DNA of 64,000 nucleotides from Alphaproteobacteria bacterium (GTDB lineage: Bacteria > Pseudomonadota > Alphaproteobacteria > CAAHEQ01 > UBA3637). The stretch covers positions 128,001 to 192,000 of the forward strand of contig JAZUQR010000027.1 in assembly GCA_045605805.1 (NCBI GenBank), written 5' to 3'. Position numbers and translations under genes: made by a program. This document shows positions 8,750 through 19,099 of the stretch, piece by piece. The notes under the pieces are model-generated. The model saw nothing but the letters and a program-made list of their open reading frames with translations. It searched no databases and was not told where the DNA came from. Position 1 is the stretch's first letter; each line of letters begins with the position of its first letter.

Positions 8750-11038
8750 GTGACACACAGAAGCAAATCAGCCCAATCCGGTCGCACCATGTTGGAAATC
8801 ATCTCTGTCATGGCTATGATCGGCGTGCTGACAATCGGTTCTATTGCCTTTTATCGTTTTGTGATGAACTATCAACAAAGCAAAGCCCTTTATAACGATT
8901 TCAAAGTGCGTTCCGCCTTAAATATGGAAGGCAAAGGGCGTATTTTTTCCACCGATATGGAAAACAAATCAACCTATGACAAAGAAATGACGGTTGCACA
9001 AAATTTCCCCCAGTATGGTTTTTTCAAGATAACCGCCCAAGGTGTTGAACAGGCGATATGTAAAAGGCTGATAAAAGAAGAATGGCCCGAACACAGCCGG
9101 ATTTATTTGGATGACAAACCATTTGGCTCGGCCATTACCGAATGTCCCCAAAAAGATGTCGCCTTTTCCGTTGTCTATCGTTCCACCCGCACCCGCCAAG
9201 AATTGCCCCCACTTTGTACACCCGATAGCACCTGTGAAGGCTGTACCTCATGTCAAAATGGCGAATGCCGTGCGGGTTGCTCATCGGGTAATGTGTGTTA
9301 TGATAACGCCTGCGTGGTTGGTTCATGCACATCCCAAGAAGACGGCACAGAATTGTGTTGCCCTGCAACACCGAAATACTGTCCGTTGAATGCACAAATA
9401 AGTGGCAACCAAACCTCCTGTGCATGCGAATGCCCCTCTCACCGCACACAAAGTGGCGGGATATGCGGTGATTGTCATTTTGACAGCGAGTTTGAACCAT
9501 TTATTGTACCACAATTCACACAAAACACCAAAGCAGGCTATGGCACCTTACAAACCGATTACTATTCAATCAACAGCGCAGATGAAGATGCATGGCGGGC
9601 TTTTGATGGGGATAAAACCAAACACTTTCTGTGGGTTGGCAACTATAGTTATGTTATATGGCATTTGCCACAACCAGTTCGGGTAAAATCCACAACAATT
9701 TGGCAAAATTTAATTGATCCGGCAAAAGATAGATTTCCAAGAATAATCACCTTGTATGGTTCTAATGATAAAAACAATTGGACAACCTTGGGAACAATAA
9801 CAAATCAAACAATTCCTCCTGAATATGTAAAACTTCAAACCGATGCCTCCCAACAGTGGACCAGCTTGAAATGGGAGTTTAATGACAATTTTGGCGGATG
9901 GTATGAACAAGTCGGCGAAATTGAAATGGAAGCCGAAATACTGGCTTCAAGTTCAAACTATACTTTTGATACAAACACATTCCAATGCACAAAAGCACGC
10001 ACCGAAAAAGAAGGGGAACCATGTCACCCATCTAACGCAGGCCGAACTGCTTGCAATCAATCCGAGGGCATATTGTATAAATGTACAGGTGGAACATTAC
10101 AAGTACTCTACACATGCAATGCATCAAATCCCACAAATATTGAAAGTTTACAACAACCGAATATCTGCCCAGAAGTAGGAAATGAGTGTTTTATAAATGA
10201 GACACAAGGGATTTGTTTGGGCGAAGAAGGGAACTTACAATGCTGTGCCGGAGCAATCAATTTAGAAACAAACACTGTTTCTGAAACATGTTGCAACGAA
10301 GCTGTTTATAACACAGCATTCTCAGGGGATTATTATGTCTACAGCTATCTTGAAGACAATATGGATGTCCCATCTGGAAACACAACTTTTTCAACATACA
10401 TCAACGGCACCCCACTTGACTTTGGCTTATGTTGTTTTAATGCCATTGATTTGGTCACAGGCACAACCGATGAACGATGTGGTCAAGCAACAGCCGAAAA
10501 AATGAATCAATGGACAAGCAGCTATCTGATATACGGTATGTCTAATGGTGAATTTTGCTATGGTCCAACCAATTTAAGCTACAAAGAACCAACCAGCACG
10601 CAACAATGTTGTGATTTTGTCAAAGAAGATTTCCAATATATGCCTGATCCGCCATCAGTGACTTGGGTTGAAACAGAATGGGGATACAATTTCTGTTGTC
10701 AAGGCCCATTTGATGCTTCATGTCCAGACTGTGGCATGACTGAAGACTGCTGCAAAAGCGCAGGCGGAACAATGGGAAGTGATTGGTGGAGCTGTTGTAA
10801 AGGCGCAGAAGACCTTGCTAATCCCGAATATGATTCATATACCTGTTGTTCGGATGTTGGGGGAGAAATGAGAACAGTAGAAGATTACTTTAACTACGGA
10901 TACGAATGGGATATGTATGATGTTTGTTTTAATCCAACAACCAATTGCCCCATTTCTCAATTTGCCTGTGAACGCTTCAGCGACAGGTATAATTGTCAAT
11001 GGAACAATGAAAATCAATCTTGCGAACCAATCTTATAA
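8750..11038 (+). CDS. Large type IV pilin-like protein with Cys-rich regions and a discoidin (F5/8 type C, CBM32-like) domain
   Basis: GTG at 8750 after GAGGGG; class III-like signal SG|RTMLE plus hydrophobic helix; AFDGD...YGSND..NWTTLG...EIEM; about 50 Cys. Confidence 0.8.
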   Translation: MTHRSKSAQSGRTMLEIISVMAMIGVLTIGSIAFYRFVMNYQQSKALYNDFKVRSALNMEGKGRIFSTDMENKSTYDKEMTVAQNFPQYGFFKITAQGVEQAICKRLIKEEWPEHSRIYLDDKPFGSAITECPQKDVAFSVVYRSTRTRQELPPLCTPDSTCEGCTSCQNGECRAGCSSGNVCYDNACVVGSCTSQEDGTELCCPATPKYCPLNAQISGNQTSCACECPSHRTQSGGICGDCHFDSEFEPFIVPQFTQNTKAGYGTLQTDYYSINSADEDAWRAFDGDKTKHFLWVGNYSYVIWHLPQPVRVKSTTIWQNLIDPAKDRFPRIITLYGSNDKNNWTTLGTITNQTIPPEYVKLQTDASQQWTSLKWEFNDNFGGWYEQVGEIEMEAEILASSSNYTFDTNTFQCTKARTEKEGEPCHPSNAGRTACNQSEGILYKCTGGTLQVLYTCNASNPTNIESLQQPNICPEVGNECFINETQGICLGEEGNLQCCAGAINLETNTVSETCCNEAVYNTAFSGDYYVYSYLEDNMDVPSGNTTFSTYINGTPLDFGLCCFNAIDLVTGTTDERCGQATAEKMNQWTSSYLIYGMSNGEFCYGPTNLSYKEPTSTQQCCDFVKEDFQYMPDPPSVTWVETEWGYNFCCQGPFDASCPDCGMTEDCCKSAGGTMGSDWWSCCKGAEDLANPEYDSYTCCSDVGGEMRTVEDYFNYGYEWDMYDVCFNPTTNCPISQFACERFSDRYNCQWNNENQSCEPIL

Positions 11039-11105
11039 TTATAATAAAAACCCTTGCATTTAACGCATAAAATCCGCTATACTTATCCAAAAGAAAGGAT
11101 AACGG

Positions 11106-12011
11106 ATGCAGGCACCACACATTCCTGTTTTATTAAACGAAGTTTTAACCTATTTGGCCCCAAATGGTGGCACTTTTGTAGACGGTACTTTTGGGGCTGG
11201 TGGCTATACAAAAGCCATTTTAGAGGCCCACCCTGAAAACAAAGTGATTGCCTTTGATCGGGACCCAACCACAAAACAAACGGCACTGGCCTTACAAAAA
11301 CAATTTCCAAACCGTTTCACATTTGTCCAAGAATGTTTCAGCCAAATGCCCCAACACCTTGATGAACAAGTGGATGGCATTGTGCTGGATATCGGTGTAT
11401 CCTCCATGCAAATTGATACCCCCGAGCGGGGCTTTTCCTTGCGCTTTAACGGCCCATTGGATATGCGTATGGGAGAGTCTGGCCCCACCGCTGCCGATTT
11501 AATTAAAGTCCTGCCTGAATCACAGTTGGCCGATATCCTTTACAAATATGGCGAAGAAAGACAAAGCCGAAAAATTGCCCACGCTTTGAAACAACATCTT
11601 CCCCAAACAACTTTGGAAATGGCCGATATCATCCACCACATTATGCCTCGCCCCAAAGATGGTTCGGACAGCGCAACTCGTTCTTTTCAAGCCTTGCGCA
11701 TTGCCGTGAACAACGAATTAAAAGAATTGGAAACAACGCTTGCCAACGCCCCCGCTTTGTTAAAAGAAAACGGACGCTTGGTGGTGGTTTCGTTCCATTC
11801 GCTGGAAGACAGAATTGTGAAAGACTTTTTACAAAACAATTCCGCCAAAAACACCCATAAAAACAAATATGCGCAATCACAAGAAAAAGAAGGGCTGTTC
11901 AAAATCTTAACCAAAAAACCCATACTGGCCACACAAGACGAACTGGAACAAAATCCCCGTTCGCACAGTGCCAAATTACGGGCCGCCATGCGTACAAAGG
12001 AGACTCAATGA
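11106..12011 (+). CDS. rsmH: 16S rRNA m4C1402 methyltransferase
   Basis: HIPVLL, DGTFGAGGY, DIGVSSMQID, FHSLEDR and NPRSHSAKLR motifs. Confidence 0.98.
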   Translation: MQAPHIPVLLNEVLTYLAPNGGTFVDGTFGAGGYTKAILEAHPENKVIAFDRDPTTKQTALALQKQFPNRFTFVQECFSQMPQHLDEQVDGIVLDIGVSSMQIDTPERGFSLRFNGPLDMRMGESGPTAADLIKVLPESQLADILYKYGEERQSRKIAHALKQHLPQTTLEMADIIHHIMPRPKDGSDSATRSFQALRIAVNNELKELETTLANAPALLKENGRLVVVSFHSLEDRIVKDFLQNNSAKNTHKNKYAQSQEKEGLFKILTKKPILATQDELEQNPRSHSAKLRAAMRTKETQ

Positions 12012-12379
12012 AAAAACTGTTTGTCAATTTTGTATTGCTGTCAATCGCCATCGGTATCGGCATCACATTGTTTTTAATGAAACAACAAGTGGTGGAATAC
12101 GAAAAACAATTGGCCACCCTCAGCACCAAGATTTTACAAGATAAACGCCAAATCCATACACTCAAAGCCGATTGGGCCGTTTTAACCGAACCCTCTCGTC
12201 TTAAAAAATTGCTGTCCGAAAGCCAAGTGGGCTTCATTCATGCCAATCAAGTTGTTCACGCAGAGGAAGTGGATTTAATTCCTGTACCCATTCCCACACA
12301 AAAACCATTTGAAGAAACGCAACCGCTGTCTGACGAAGAACCAGCACCTTCTTCCAACACCGAAGGAGAAAATCTATGA
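12008..12379 (+). CDS. ftsL: Cell division protein FtsL
   Basis: One TM helix, coiled coil, LKADWAVLTEPSRL motif; lies between rsmH and ftsI. Confidence 0.8.
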   Translation: MKKLFVNFVLLSIAIGIGITLFLMKQQVVEYEKQLATLSTKILQDKRQIHTLKADWAVLTEPSRLKKLLSESQVGFIHANQVVHAEEVDLIPVPIPTQKPFEETQPLSDEEPAPSSNTEGENL

Positions 12380-14127
12380 AGTTCTTCAAAAAAAACCCAA
12401 CCTCTTTTTATGCACCGTGCCAAGAAATCCCAACACCAAAACGGGAAAAGGAACGCTATCTGGATGCGGCCACACAAAAAAGCCTGCGCACCGCCAAGAA
12501 CCGCATTTTGATTATCGGTTTGGCTTTTTTATCCTTGCTGTTTATCATTTGGGGCCGGCTGTTTTATCTGACGGTTTTAAGCTACGACAAAACCCCCATC
12601 AAAACATCCCAATGGGATACAGACGAAAAACTGCCCCGCTATAACATTGTGGACAGAAACGGCGTGGTATTGGCCACCACACTCACCTCGTGGGATATAT
12701 CCGTCAATCCTAAAAAAGTGGAAAATCCCGAAGAAGTCGCCAAAAAAATACACGAAAAATTGCCCGATTTACAGGAAAAAGAATTGCTTCAAAAACTCAC
12801 TTCAAAAAGCAATTTCAAATACATCAAACGAGGCGCAACGCCCAAAGAATTGGAAGCTGTCAATTGGCTTGGCTATCACTTTTTAACCTATGAAGCCGTC
12901 AATACCCGAGCCTACCCACAAGGCCCTTTATTTTCGCATATACTGGGAGGTGTCAACATTGATAATGTGGGCATATCAGGCATAGAAAAAGCCTTTGATA
13001 ACGAATTAAAAAAAGCGCAACTGCAACTCTCACTAGATACTTCTGTACAAGAAGCCGTACGAAGCAACCTTTTGAAAAGTATAGAAAAATTCAAAGCAGA
13101 AGGGGCTTTTGGCTTGGTAATGGACATTCACACAGGGGAATTATTGGCAAGCGTTTCTCTGCCTGATTATGATCCGGAAAAACCAGTTGGTAAAGACCCT
13201 TCTGTACGCTTTAATATGCCCACATTGGGGGTTTATGAATTCGGTTCTGTCTTAAAATTATTCAACACAGCCATGGCATTGGAAAACAAAATCATCAAAG
13301 AAACAGACATCATAGATGCCTCTGCGCCATTAAAAATCGGGCGCAAACAAATTGAAGATTTTCGGGGGCAAAACCGCCCACTCAGCACCACCGAAGTCTT
13401 GATGCATTCGTCTAACATTGCCTCGGCCAAAATTGCTTTGCAGGCAGGCTATGAAAAACAACGGGAGTTTTTACAACGCTTTCACTTATTTGATAAATTA
13501 TCCATACCTTTACCCGAACGAGGTACGCCCATTTACAACACAAAAGAAAAATGGGCGGATATAGAAACGGCCAATGTGGCTTTTGGCTATGGTCTGGCCA
13601 CAACCGCCCTACATCTGGCAGCCGGAGTATCAGCTTTAACAAACGGTGGATTTTATAATGTACCGACTTTCCTAAAAGAAGGAAACAAAAACAAACCAAC
13701 AACAAAAGTCTTAGATACCGACATATCCCAAAAACTGCGTCATATGATGTGGGCCGTTTTGAATTGGGATATTTGGACAAAGAATGTGGCCAAACACTAT
13801 GCCGTTGGGGGCAAAACAGGCACAGCAAACATCAAAGAACAAGGCGGTTATAATACCGATAAAATTCGGGCCTCCTTTGTGGGCGTTTTTCCAATTGATA
13901 ACCCGCAATATCTTGTCCAAGTCACCTTACTCAATCCACAAAGATTAAAAGAAACCTTGATGTTGAATAATGCCGGATGGAACGCCCGCCCCACCGGATT
14001 AAATATCATCAGCGAAATTGCCCCTTATCTGAATGTGGCTCCTGTCACCGACTATCAACCACCGGAATATGTCCAACAGGCCATTGAAACTTCTTTAATT
14101 AAAAACAAAAGGAAAAAAGCACAATGA
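12376..14127 (+). CDS. ftsI: Septal transpeptidase PBP3
   Basis: IVDRNG, RAYPQG and catalytic SVLK, SSN and KTGT motifs. Confidence 0.93.
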   Translation: MKFFKKNPTSFYAPCQEIPTPKREKERYLDAATQKSLRTAKNRILIIGLAFLSLLFIIWGRLFYLTVLSYDKTPIKTSQWDTDEKLPRYNIVDRNGVVLATTLTSWDISVNPKKVENPEEVAKKIHEKLPDLQEKELLQKLTSKSNFKYIKRGATPKELEAVNWLGYHFLTYEAVNTRAYPQGPLFSHILGGVNIDNVGISGIEKAFDNELKKAQLQLSLDTSVQEAVRSNLLKSIEKFKAEGAFGLVMDIHTGELLASVSLPDYDPEKPVGKDPSVRFNMPTLGVYEFGSVLKLFNTAMALENKIIKETDIIDASAPLKIGRKQIEDFRGQNRPLSTTEVLMHSSNIASAKIALQAGYEKQREFLQRFHLFDKLSIPLPERGTPIYNTKEKWADIETANVAFGYGLATTALHLAAGVSALTNGGFYNVPTFLKEGNKNKPTTKVLDTDISQKLRHMMWAVLNWDIWTKNVAKHYAVGGKTGTANIKEQGGYNTDKIRASFVGVFPIDNPQYLVQVTLLNPQRLKETLMLNNAGWNARPTGLNIISEIAPYLNVAPVTDYQPPEYVQQAIETSLIKNKRKKAQ

Positions 14128-16913
14128 ACTTAAAAGAATTAGGATTTCAACACGATTTACAAATTACAGGCATCACCGAAAAAGCATCCGAAGTAAAAAA
14201 GGGTGATCTCTTTTGCGCCTTAAAAGGCACAACGGCAAACGGGGCTGATTTTATTCCTGAGGCCATCAAAAACGGAGCTGTAGCTGTTTTAACAAACCAA
14301 CCTGTCACAGCCGATATTCCTGTGATTCAGGTTGAAAATCCTCGTGCTGTTTTAACACAAATTGCCAATAAAATCTATCCTTCCGATAAACTGGAAAAAG
14401 TGGCCGTCACCGGCACAAATGGCAAAACATCCACCGTTTATTATGTGGCCGAAATTATGAACGCCCTTGGCACTTTAAGTGCCAGCATGGGAACGGTTGG
14501 TATTCAAGCCCCCACCTTTCAATTAAAGGGGAATATGACCACACCGGACGCCGTTTCCTTAAATAAAACTTTGCATCTTCTGCAAGAAAAAAACATTCAA
14601 GTCGTGGCGATGGAAGCATCCAGCCATGGGCTTCATCAAGGGCGTTTGTCGGGCAATCTTATCAAAGCAGCCGCCTTCACCAATTTAACCCGAGATCATT
14701 TGGATTATCACAAAACCATGGAAAATTATCTGCAAGCAAAAACTTTGCTGTTCACACAAAATATGGTTCCAAACGGTACAGCGGTTTTGAATGCAGATAT
14801 CCCCGAATATGAATTCTTAAAACAAATCTGTACAAACCAAAACCTGACAATGATCAGCTATGGCAAACAAGGGGAAACATTAAAACTGATAAGCCAAAAA
14901 CCCACCCCAAACGGGCAAGAATTGGTTGTCAAAGTACAAAATAAAGAACACTTGATTCCCATACAGATTTATGGTGATTTTCAAGCCTATAACATCTTGG
15001 CTGCTGTTGGCTTGTGTATGGGACTTGGCAAAACATTTGAACAAATCCTGCCAATACTATCCACATTAAAAGCCCCCAATGGTCGCTTGGAAAATGTGGG
15101 AGAAACACCCAATGGGGCCCGGATTTTTGTGGATTATGCCCATACACCGGACGCATTGGAACGAGTCCTTTGCTCTTTGCGTCCACACACAAAAAACAAG
15201 CTGTGCTGTCTGTTCGGTTGTGGAGGGAATCGGGATACAGGCAAACGCCCGCAAATGGGTGAAATTGCCAACCGCTTGGCCGATAAGGTCTATATCACCG
15301 ATGATAATCCCCGCAACGAAGAACCGGCCCTTATCCGTCAGGCTATTCAACAAGCCTGTCCCAAAGGAAAAAGTTTTAACAACCGCCAACAAGCCATTTG
15401 CCAAGCCATTTCAGAATTAGAAAAAGGCGATATTTTGGTGTTGGCCGGAAAAGGGCACGAATCGGGGCAAACCATCCAAAACATAACCTATCCGTTCAAT
15501 GATAAAATTGAAGCACAACTCTGCCTTAAATCATTAAAAGAGCCACCGTTGTGGACAAGTTCAGAATTACAAATGGCCTTGAATACAGCTGTGGATAAAA
15601 ATATCTGGGCAAGTGGGGTGAAGTTTGACTCACGCACCATAGAACTGGGGGATATATTTGTCGCCTTAAAAACCGAACAAAATGATGGCCATAACTATGT
15701 CACGCAAGCGTTGGAAAAAGGAGCCAGTGCATGCATTGTCAATCACCCGATAGAAACAGTTTTACAAAGCAAACAAATCGTTGTGCCAAACACCTTACAG
15801 GCCTTGGAATCCTTGGCCCGTTTTGCCCGTATGCGCACCATGGCACAGGTCATTGGCATCACAGGAAGCTGTGGCAAAACAAGCACAAAAGAAATGATTG
15901 CACAATGTCTTGCTAAACAAGGCAAAACACACGCCACACAAAAAAACTTTAATAATGACTTGGGCGTACCATACACATTGGCCAATATGCCAGCCGACAC
16001 ACAATATGCAGTGATTGAAATGGGTATCAGCCACCCCAACGAAATGGCTCAACTATCCGATTTTGTGCGTCCCAATGTCACCTTGATAACAAACATTGCC
16101 CCAGCTCATCAAGAGTTTTTTGAAAACACAAAAGCGATTGCCAGTGAAAAAATACACATTGTTGATTTTCAAGATAAAACAGGCTGTATTTTGCTAAATG
16201 CAGACGATGAACTGTGTCAATTTTTGGCCGATACAGCCACCCAAAAAGGTGTACGAAAAATTGTGCGTTTTGGACATTCAGACAAAGCCGATACACAACT
16301 GATAACCGCTGTCCCACAAAACGATAGCACAAAAGTGCACTTAAAAATGCAAGGCGAAAAAATAGATTTGACCTTACAATTTATCGGCCAACACTTTGCC
16401 TTAAACTGTGCGGCCGCCCTGTCTGCCATAGAAGCTGTTGGCGCAAGTGTGGATCAAGCAATTTATGACATACAAACCCTGTCTCCCGTTCAAGGCAGAG
16501 GGGCTGTTTTCACCTGTACAATTGAAGGGAAAACCGTTCATTTAATTGATGATGCCTATAATGCCAATCCGCTATCCATGCAATCCAGTTTACGGGCATT
16601 TGGCGCACGAGAAGGGCAAAAAATTGCCGTTTTAGGGGATATGTTGGAATTGGGCGAAAAATCCCTTAAAATGCATCTTGACATCTTAAACGAGTTAGCG
16701 CAAAATAACATCAGCAAATTATATGCTGTTGGTCCCATCATGAGCCAAGCTTTTGATTTGGCCCCTCCCGACATACAAGGTGCTAAAACCCTATCGGCAG
16801 AATCATTGGCCGATATTTTAAGGCACAACCTGCAAGACGGAGATTGGGTTTTATTCAAGGCCTCTCATGGAATGAACCTTTCAGCATTGATTCAAAAATT
16901 AAAAGGAGAATAA
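14124..16913 (+). CDS. murE-murF: Fused MurE-MurF peptidoglycan ligase
   Basis: N-half VTGTNGKTS, DYAHTPDAL, DDNPR, AGKGHE (MurE); C-half ITGSCGKTSTK, NFNNDLG, DDAYNANP, LGDMLELG (MurF); one 929-aa ORF. Confidence 0.95.
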   Translation: MNLKELGFQHDLQITGITEKASEVKKGDLFCALKGTTANGADFIPEAIKNGAVAVLTNQPVTADIPVIQVENPRAVLTQIANKIYPSDKLEKVAVTGTNGKTSTVYYVAEIMNALGTLSASMGTVGIQAPTFQLKGNMTTPDAVSLNKTLHLLQEKNIQVVAMEASSHGLHQGRLSGNLIKAAAFTNLTRDHLDYHKTMENYLQAKTLLFTQNMVPNGTAVLNADIPEYEFLKQICTNQNLTMISYGKQGETLKLISQKPTPNGQELVVKVQNKEHLIPIQIYGDFQAYNILAAVGLCMGLGKTFEQILPILSTLKAPNGRLENVGETPNGARIFVDYAHTPDALERVLCSLRPHTKNKLCCLFGCGGNRDTGKRPQMGEIANRLADKVYITDDNPRNEEPALIRQAIQQACPKGKSFNNRQQAICQAISELEKGDILVLAGKGHESGQTIQNITYPFNDKIEAQLCLKSLKEPPLWTSSELQMALNTAVDKNIWASGVKFDSRTIELGDIFVALKTEQNDGHNYVTQALEKGASACIVNHPIETVLQSKQIVVPNTLQALESLARFARMRTMAQVIGITGSCGKTSTKEMIAQCLAKQGKTHATQKNFNNDLGVPYTLANMPADTQYAVIEMGISHPNEMAQLSDFVRPNVTLITNIAPAHQEFFENTKAIASEKIHIVDFQDKTGCILLNADDELCQFLADTATQKGVRKIVRFGHSDKADTQLITAVPQNDSTKVHLKMQGEKIDLTLQFIGQHFALNCAAALSAIEAVGASVDQAIYDIQTLSPVQGRGAVFTCTIEGKTVHLIDDAYNANPLSMQSSLRAFGAREGQKIAVLGDMLELGEKSLKMHLDILNELAQNNISKLYAVGPIMSQAFDLAPPDIQGAKTLSAESLADILRHNLQDGDWVLFKASHGMNLSALIQKLKGE

Positions 16914-16914
16914 A

Positions 16915-17958
16915 ATGTTTGTATTATTAGATTGGTTGAACACCCCCTTGTCTCGCATGGGATTTGCCTTTTTCACTGCCTTGATTTTAACGCTGTGGAT
17001 GGGGCCGAATTTAATCGGCTGGTTAAAGAAAAAACAAGGCGAAGGACAACCCATTCGGGAATGTGGTCCTGAAACACATCTGGCCAAAAAAGGCACCCCC
17101 ACTATGGGCGGGATTATGATTTTACTGGCGGCCACCGTCTCAGCCTTGCTATGGACAAATCTGACCAACGCTTATGTCTGGATTTTATTGGGAACTTTGT
17201 GGGGCTTTGGTCTGGTTGGTGCTGTGGATGACTATCTTAAACTCACCCATAACAACAGTGCAAAAGGTGTCCCCGGTCGCACCCGATTAGTCATAGAGTT
17301 TACCTTATCATTACTGGCCTGTTTGGGCATGATGTACTTTGGCCACGCAACCACACAAACAACTTTAACAATTCCATTTTATAAAAACATTTTAATAGAT
17401 TTATCCATTTTTTATATTCCCTTTGCCATGTTTGTCATGGTAGGGGCGGCCAATTCTGTCAATTTAACAGACGGATTGGATGGATTGGTAAGTGTTCCCG
17501 TTATCATGACACTGATTGTTTTTGGTCTCATCGCATGGAGTGTTGGTATACCTGATTTAAGCCACATTTACTTACAAGGCACACAGGAACTAACAGTTCT
17601 TTGTTGCGCCTTAACAGGGGCAGTTTTGGGTTTTTTATGGTACAACTGTCATCCAGCAAAAGTGTTTATGGGAGATACAGGCTCTTTAGCATTAGGTGGT
17701 TTTATCGGGGCAATAGCTGTGGCCACAAAACACGAAATTATATTGGCTATCACAGGGGCTATTTTTGTTGTGGAAGCCTTGTCTGTTATGATTCAGGTAG
17801 CCTCATATAAATTGCGTGGCAAACGGGTGTTTTTAATGGCGCCTATTCACCATCATTTTGAAAAGATGGGCTGGCACGAAACAACAGTTGTGACACGATT
17901 TTGGATTTTGTCCGTTTTCTTGGCCGTCTTGGCTTTAACAATTTTGACTTTAAGTTAA
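16915..17958 (+). CDS. mraY: Phospho-MurNAc-pentapeptide translocase
   Basis: KKGTPTMGG, NLTDGLDGL, FMGDTGS and MAPIHHHFE motifs. Confidence 0.98.
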   Translation: MFVLLDWLNTPLSRMGFAFFTALILTLWMGPNLIGWLKKKQGEGQPIRECGPETHLAKKGTPTMGGIMILLAATVSALLWTNLTNAYVWILLGTLWGFGLVGAVDDYLKLTHNNSAKGVPGRTRLVIEFTLSLLACLGMMYFGHATTQTTLTIPFYKNILIDLSIFYIPFAMFVMVGAANSVNLTDGLDGLVSVPVIMTLIVFGLIAWSVGIPDLSHIYLQGTQELTVLCCALTGAVLGFLWYNCHPAKVFMGDTGSLALGGFIGAIAVATKHEIILAITGAIFVVEALSVMIQVASYKLRGKRVFLMAPIHHHFEKMGWHETTVVTRFWILSVFLAVLALTILTLS

Positions 17959-17977
17959 AAAAAGGCATAAACACACC

Positions 17978-19099
17978 ATGAAATGGATCAACAAACTGAA
18001 AAAAAACATCACAACACAATACCGCAGCTTAGACAGAGGTATTTTGTACAGTGCTTTGCTGTTGATGTTTTTCGGTTTATTTTTAACCTTTGCAGCCGGC
18101 CCTGTTGTGGCCGAAAGACGCAACTATGAATGGTTTCATTTCATCTATAAACACCTTATTTTTATGCCCATCGGTATCGGTCTTTTAATCAGTACAGCAC
18201 TGTTGCCGTTAAAATGGGCCAGAAGGGTTGGCTTTTTGGTTTTTGTCGGGGCAATTTGTGGTATGATTGCAGTTCTTCTGTTTGGCACACGATTTCAAGG
18301 GGCTTCTCGCTGGATAAACATTGCCGGCATCTCGGTTCAACCTTCCGAATTTATCAAACCTGCCTTTGCCATTGTGGCCGCATGGTGCTTAGCACGAGGC
18401 AAACTGATTCGGCAATCTCATGGCTATCTGTGGGCATGGGGCCTATGGGGAATAATTGTGCTTTTATTGGGGGCTCAACCTGATTTTGGAATGATTATCA
18501 CCATCACCGCCATCTTTGGCACCGAGATATTTTTGTCCGGCCTGCCATGGGCAATTATTATTGCAATCGGCACATTATTTGCCTCCCTTGTCCCTACAGC
18601 CTATTTTATGTTTGAACATGTCCGACACAGATTTGATGTCTTTTTCAATCCCACAACCGAAAACGCCTATCAAGTGCGTCAGTCTATGGAAACATTAAAA
18701 AATGCCGGTTGGTTTGGCAAAGGGCCAGGGGAAGGTGTGGTGAAATACACTCTACCAGATGCACATACAGACTTTATCATGGCTGTATCAGCCGAAGAGT
18801 TTGGTTTTATTTTATCCAGCGTTATTATCATAACATTTATGTATATCATCTTCAAAGGCATGCGACAAATTCGGCAAAACAACAACTATTTTGTCCAACT
18901 GGCTATTGGGGGTTTGATCACCCAAATTGCCGTTCAATCCATCATCAATTTGGGATCCACCTTAAATCTATTGCCCACCAAAGGCATGACCTTACCGTTG
19001 ATTTCATATGGTGGTTCGTCATTGGTATCCATGGCCTTTGCGTTTGGCCTGATATTAGCTTTTACAAAACAACAAACTTTCTCAAGGGGGTTAGAATGA
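17978..19099 (+). CDS. ftsW: SEDS peptidoglycan polymerase FtsW
   Basis: QPSEFIK, QPDFG, LPDAHTDF and ISYGGSS motifs. Confidence 0.95.
   Translation: MKWINKLKKNITTQYRSLDRGILYSALLLMFFGLFLTFAAGPVVAERRNYEWFHFIYKHLIFMPIGIGLLISTALLPLKWARRVGFLVFVGAICGMIAVLLFGTRFQGASRWINIAGISVQPSEFIKPAFAIVAAWCLARGKLIRQSHGYLWAWGLWGIIVLLLGAQPDFGMIITITAIFGTEIFLSGLPWAIIIAIGTLFASLVPTAYFMFEHVRHRFDVFFNPTTENAYQVRQSMETLKNAGWFGKGPGEGVVKYTLPDAHTDFIMAVSAEEFGFILSSVIIITFMYIIFKGMRQIRQNNNYFVQLAIGGLITQIAVQSIINLGSTLNLLPTKGMTLPLISYGGSSLVSMAFAFGLILAFTKQQTFSRGLE

Noticed and set aside
18709-19095. Apparent N-terminal extension of MurG (similar ones for FzlA, MurC, RpsB and AlaS in the ORF track)
   Set aside because: Artefacts of first-start ORF calling; better starts with an RBS or ATGA overlap exist downstream
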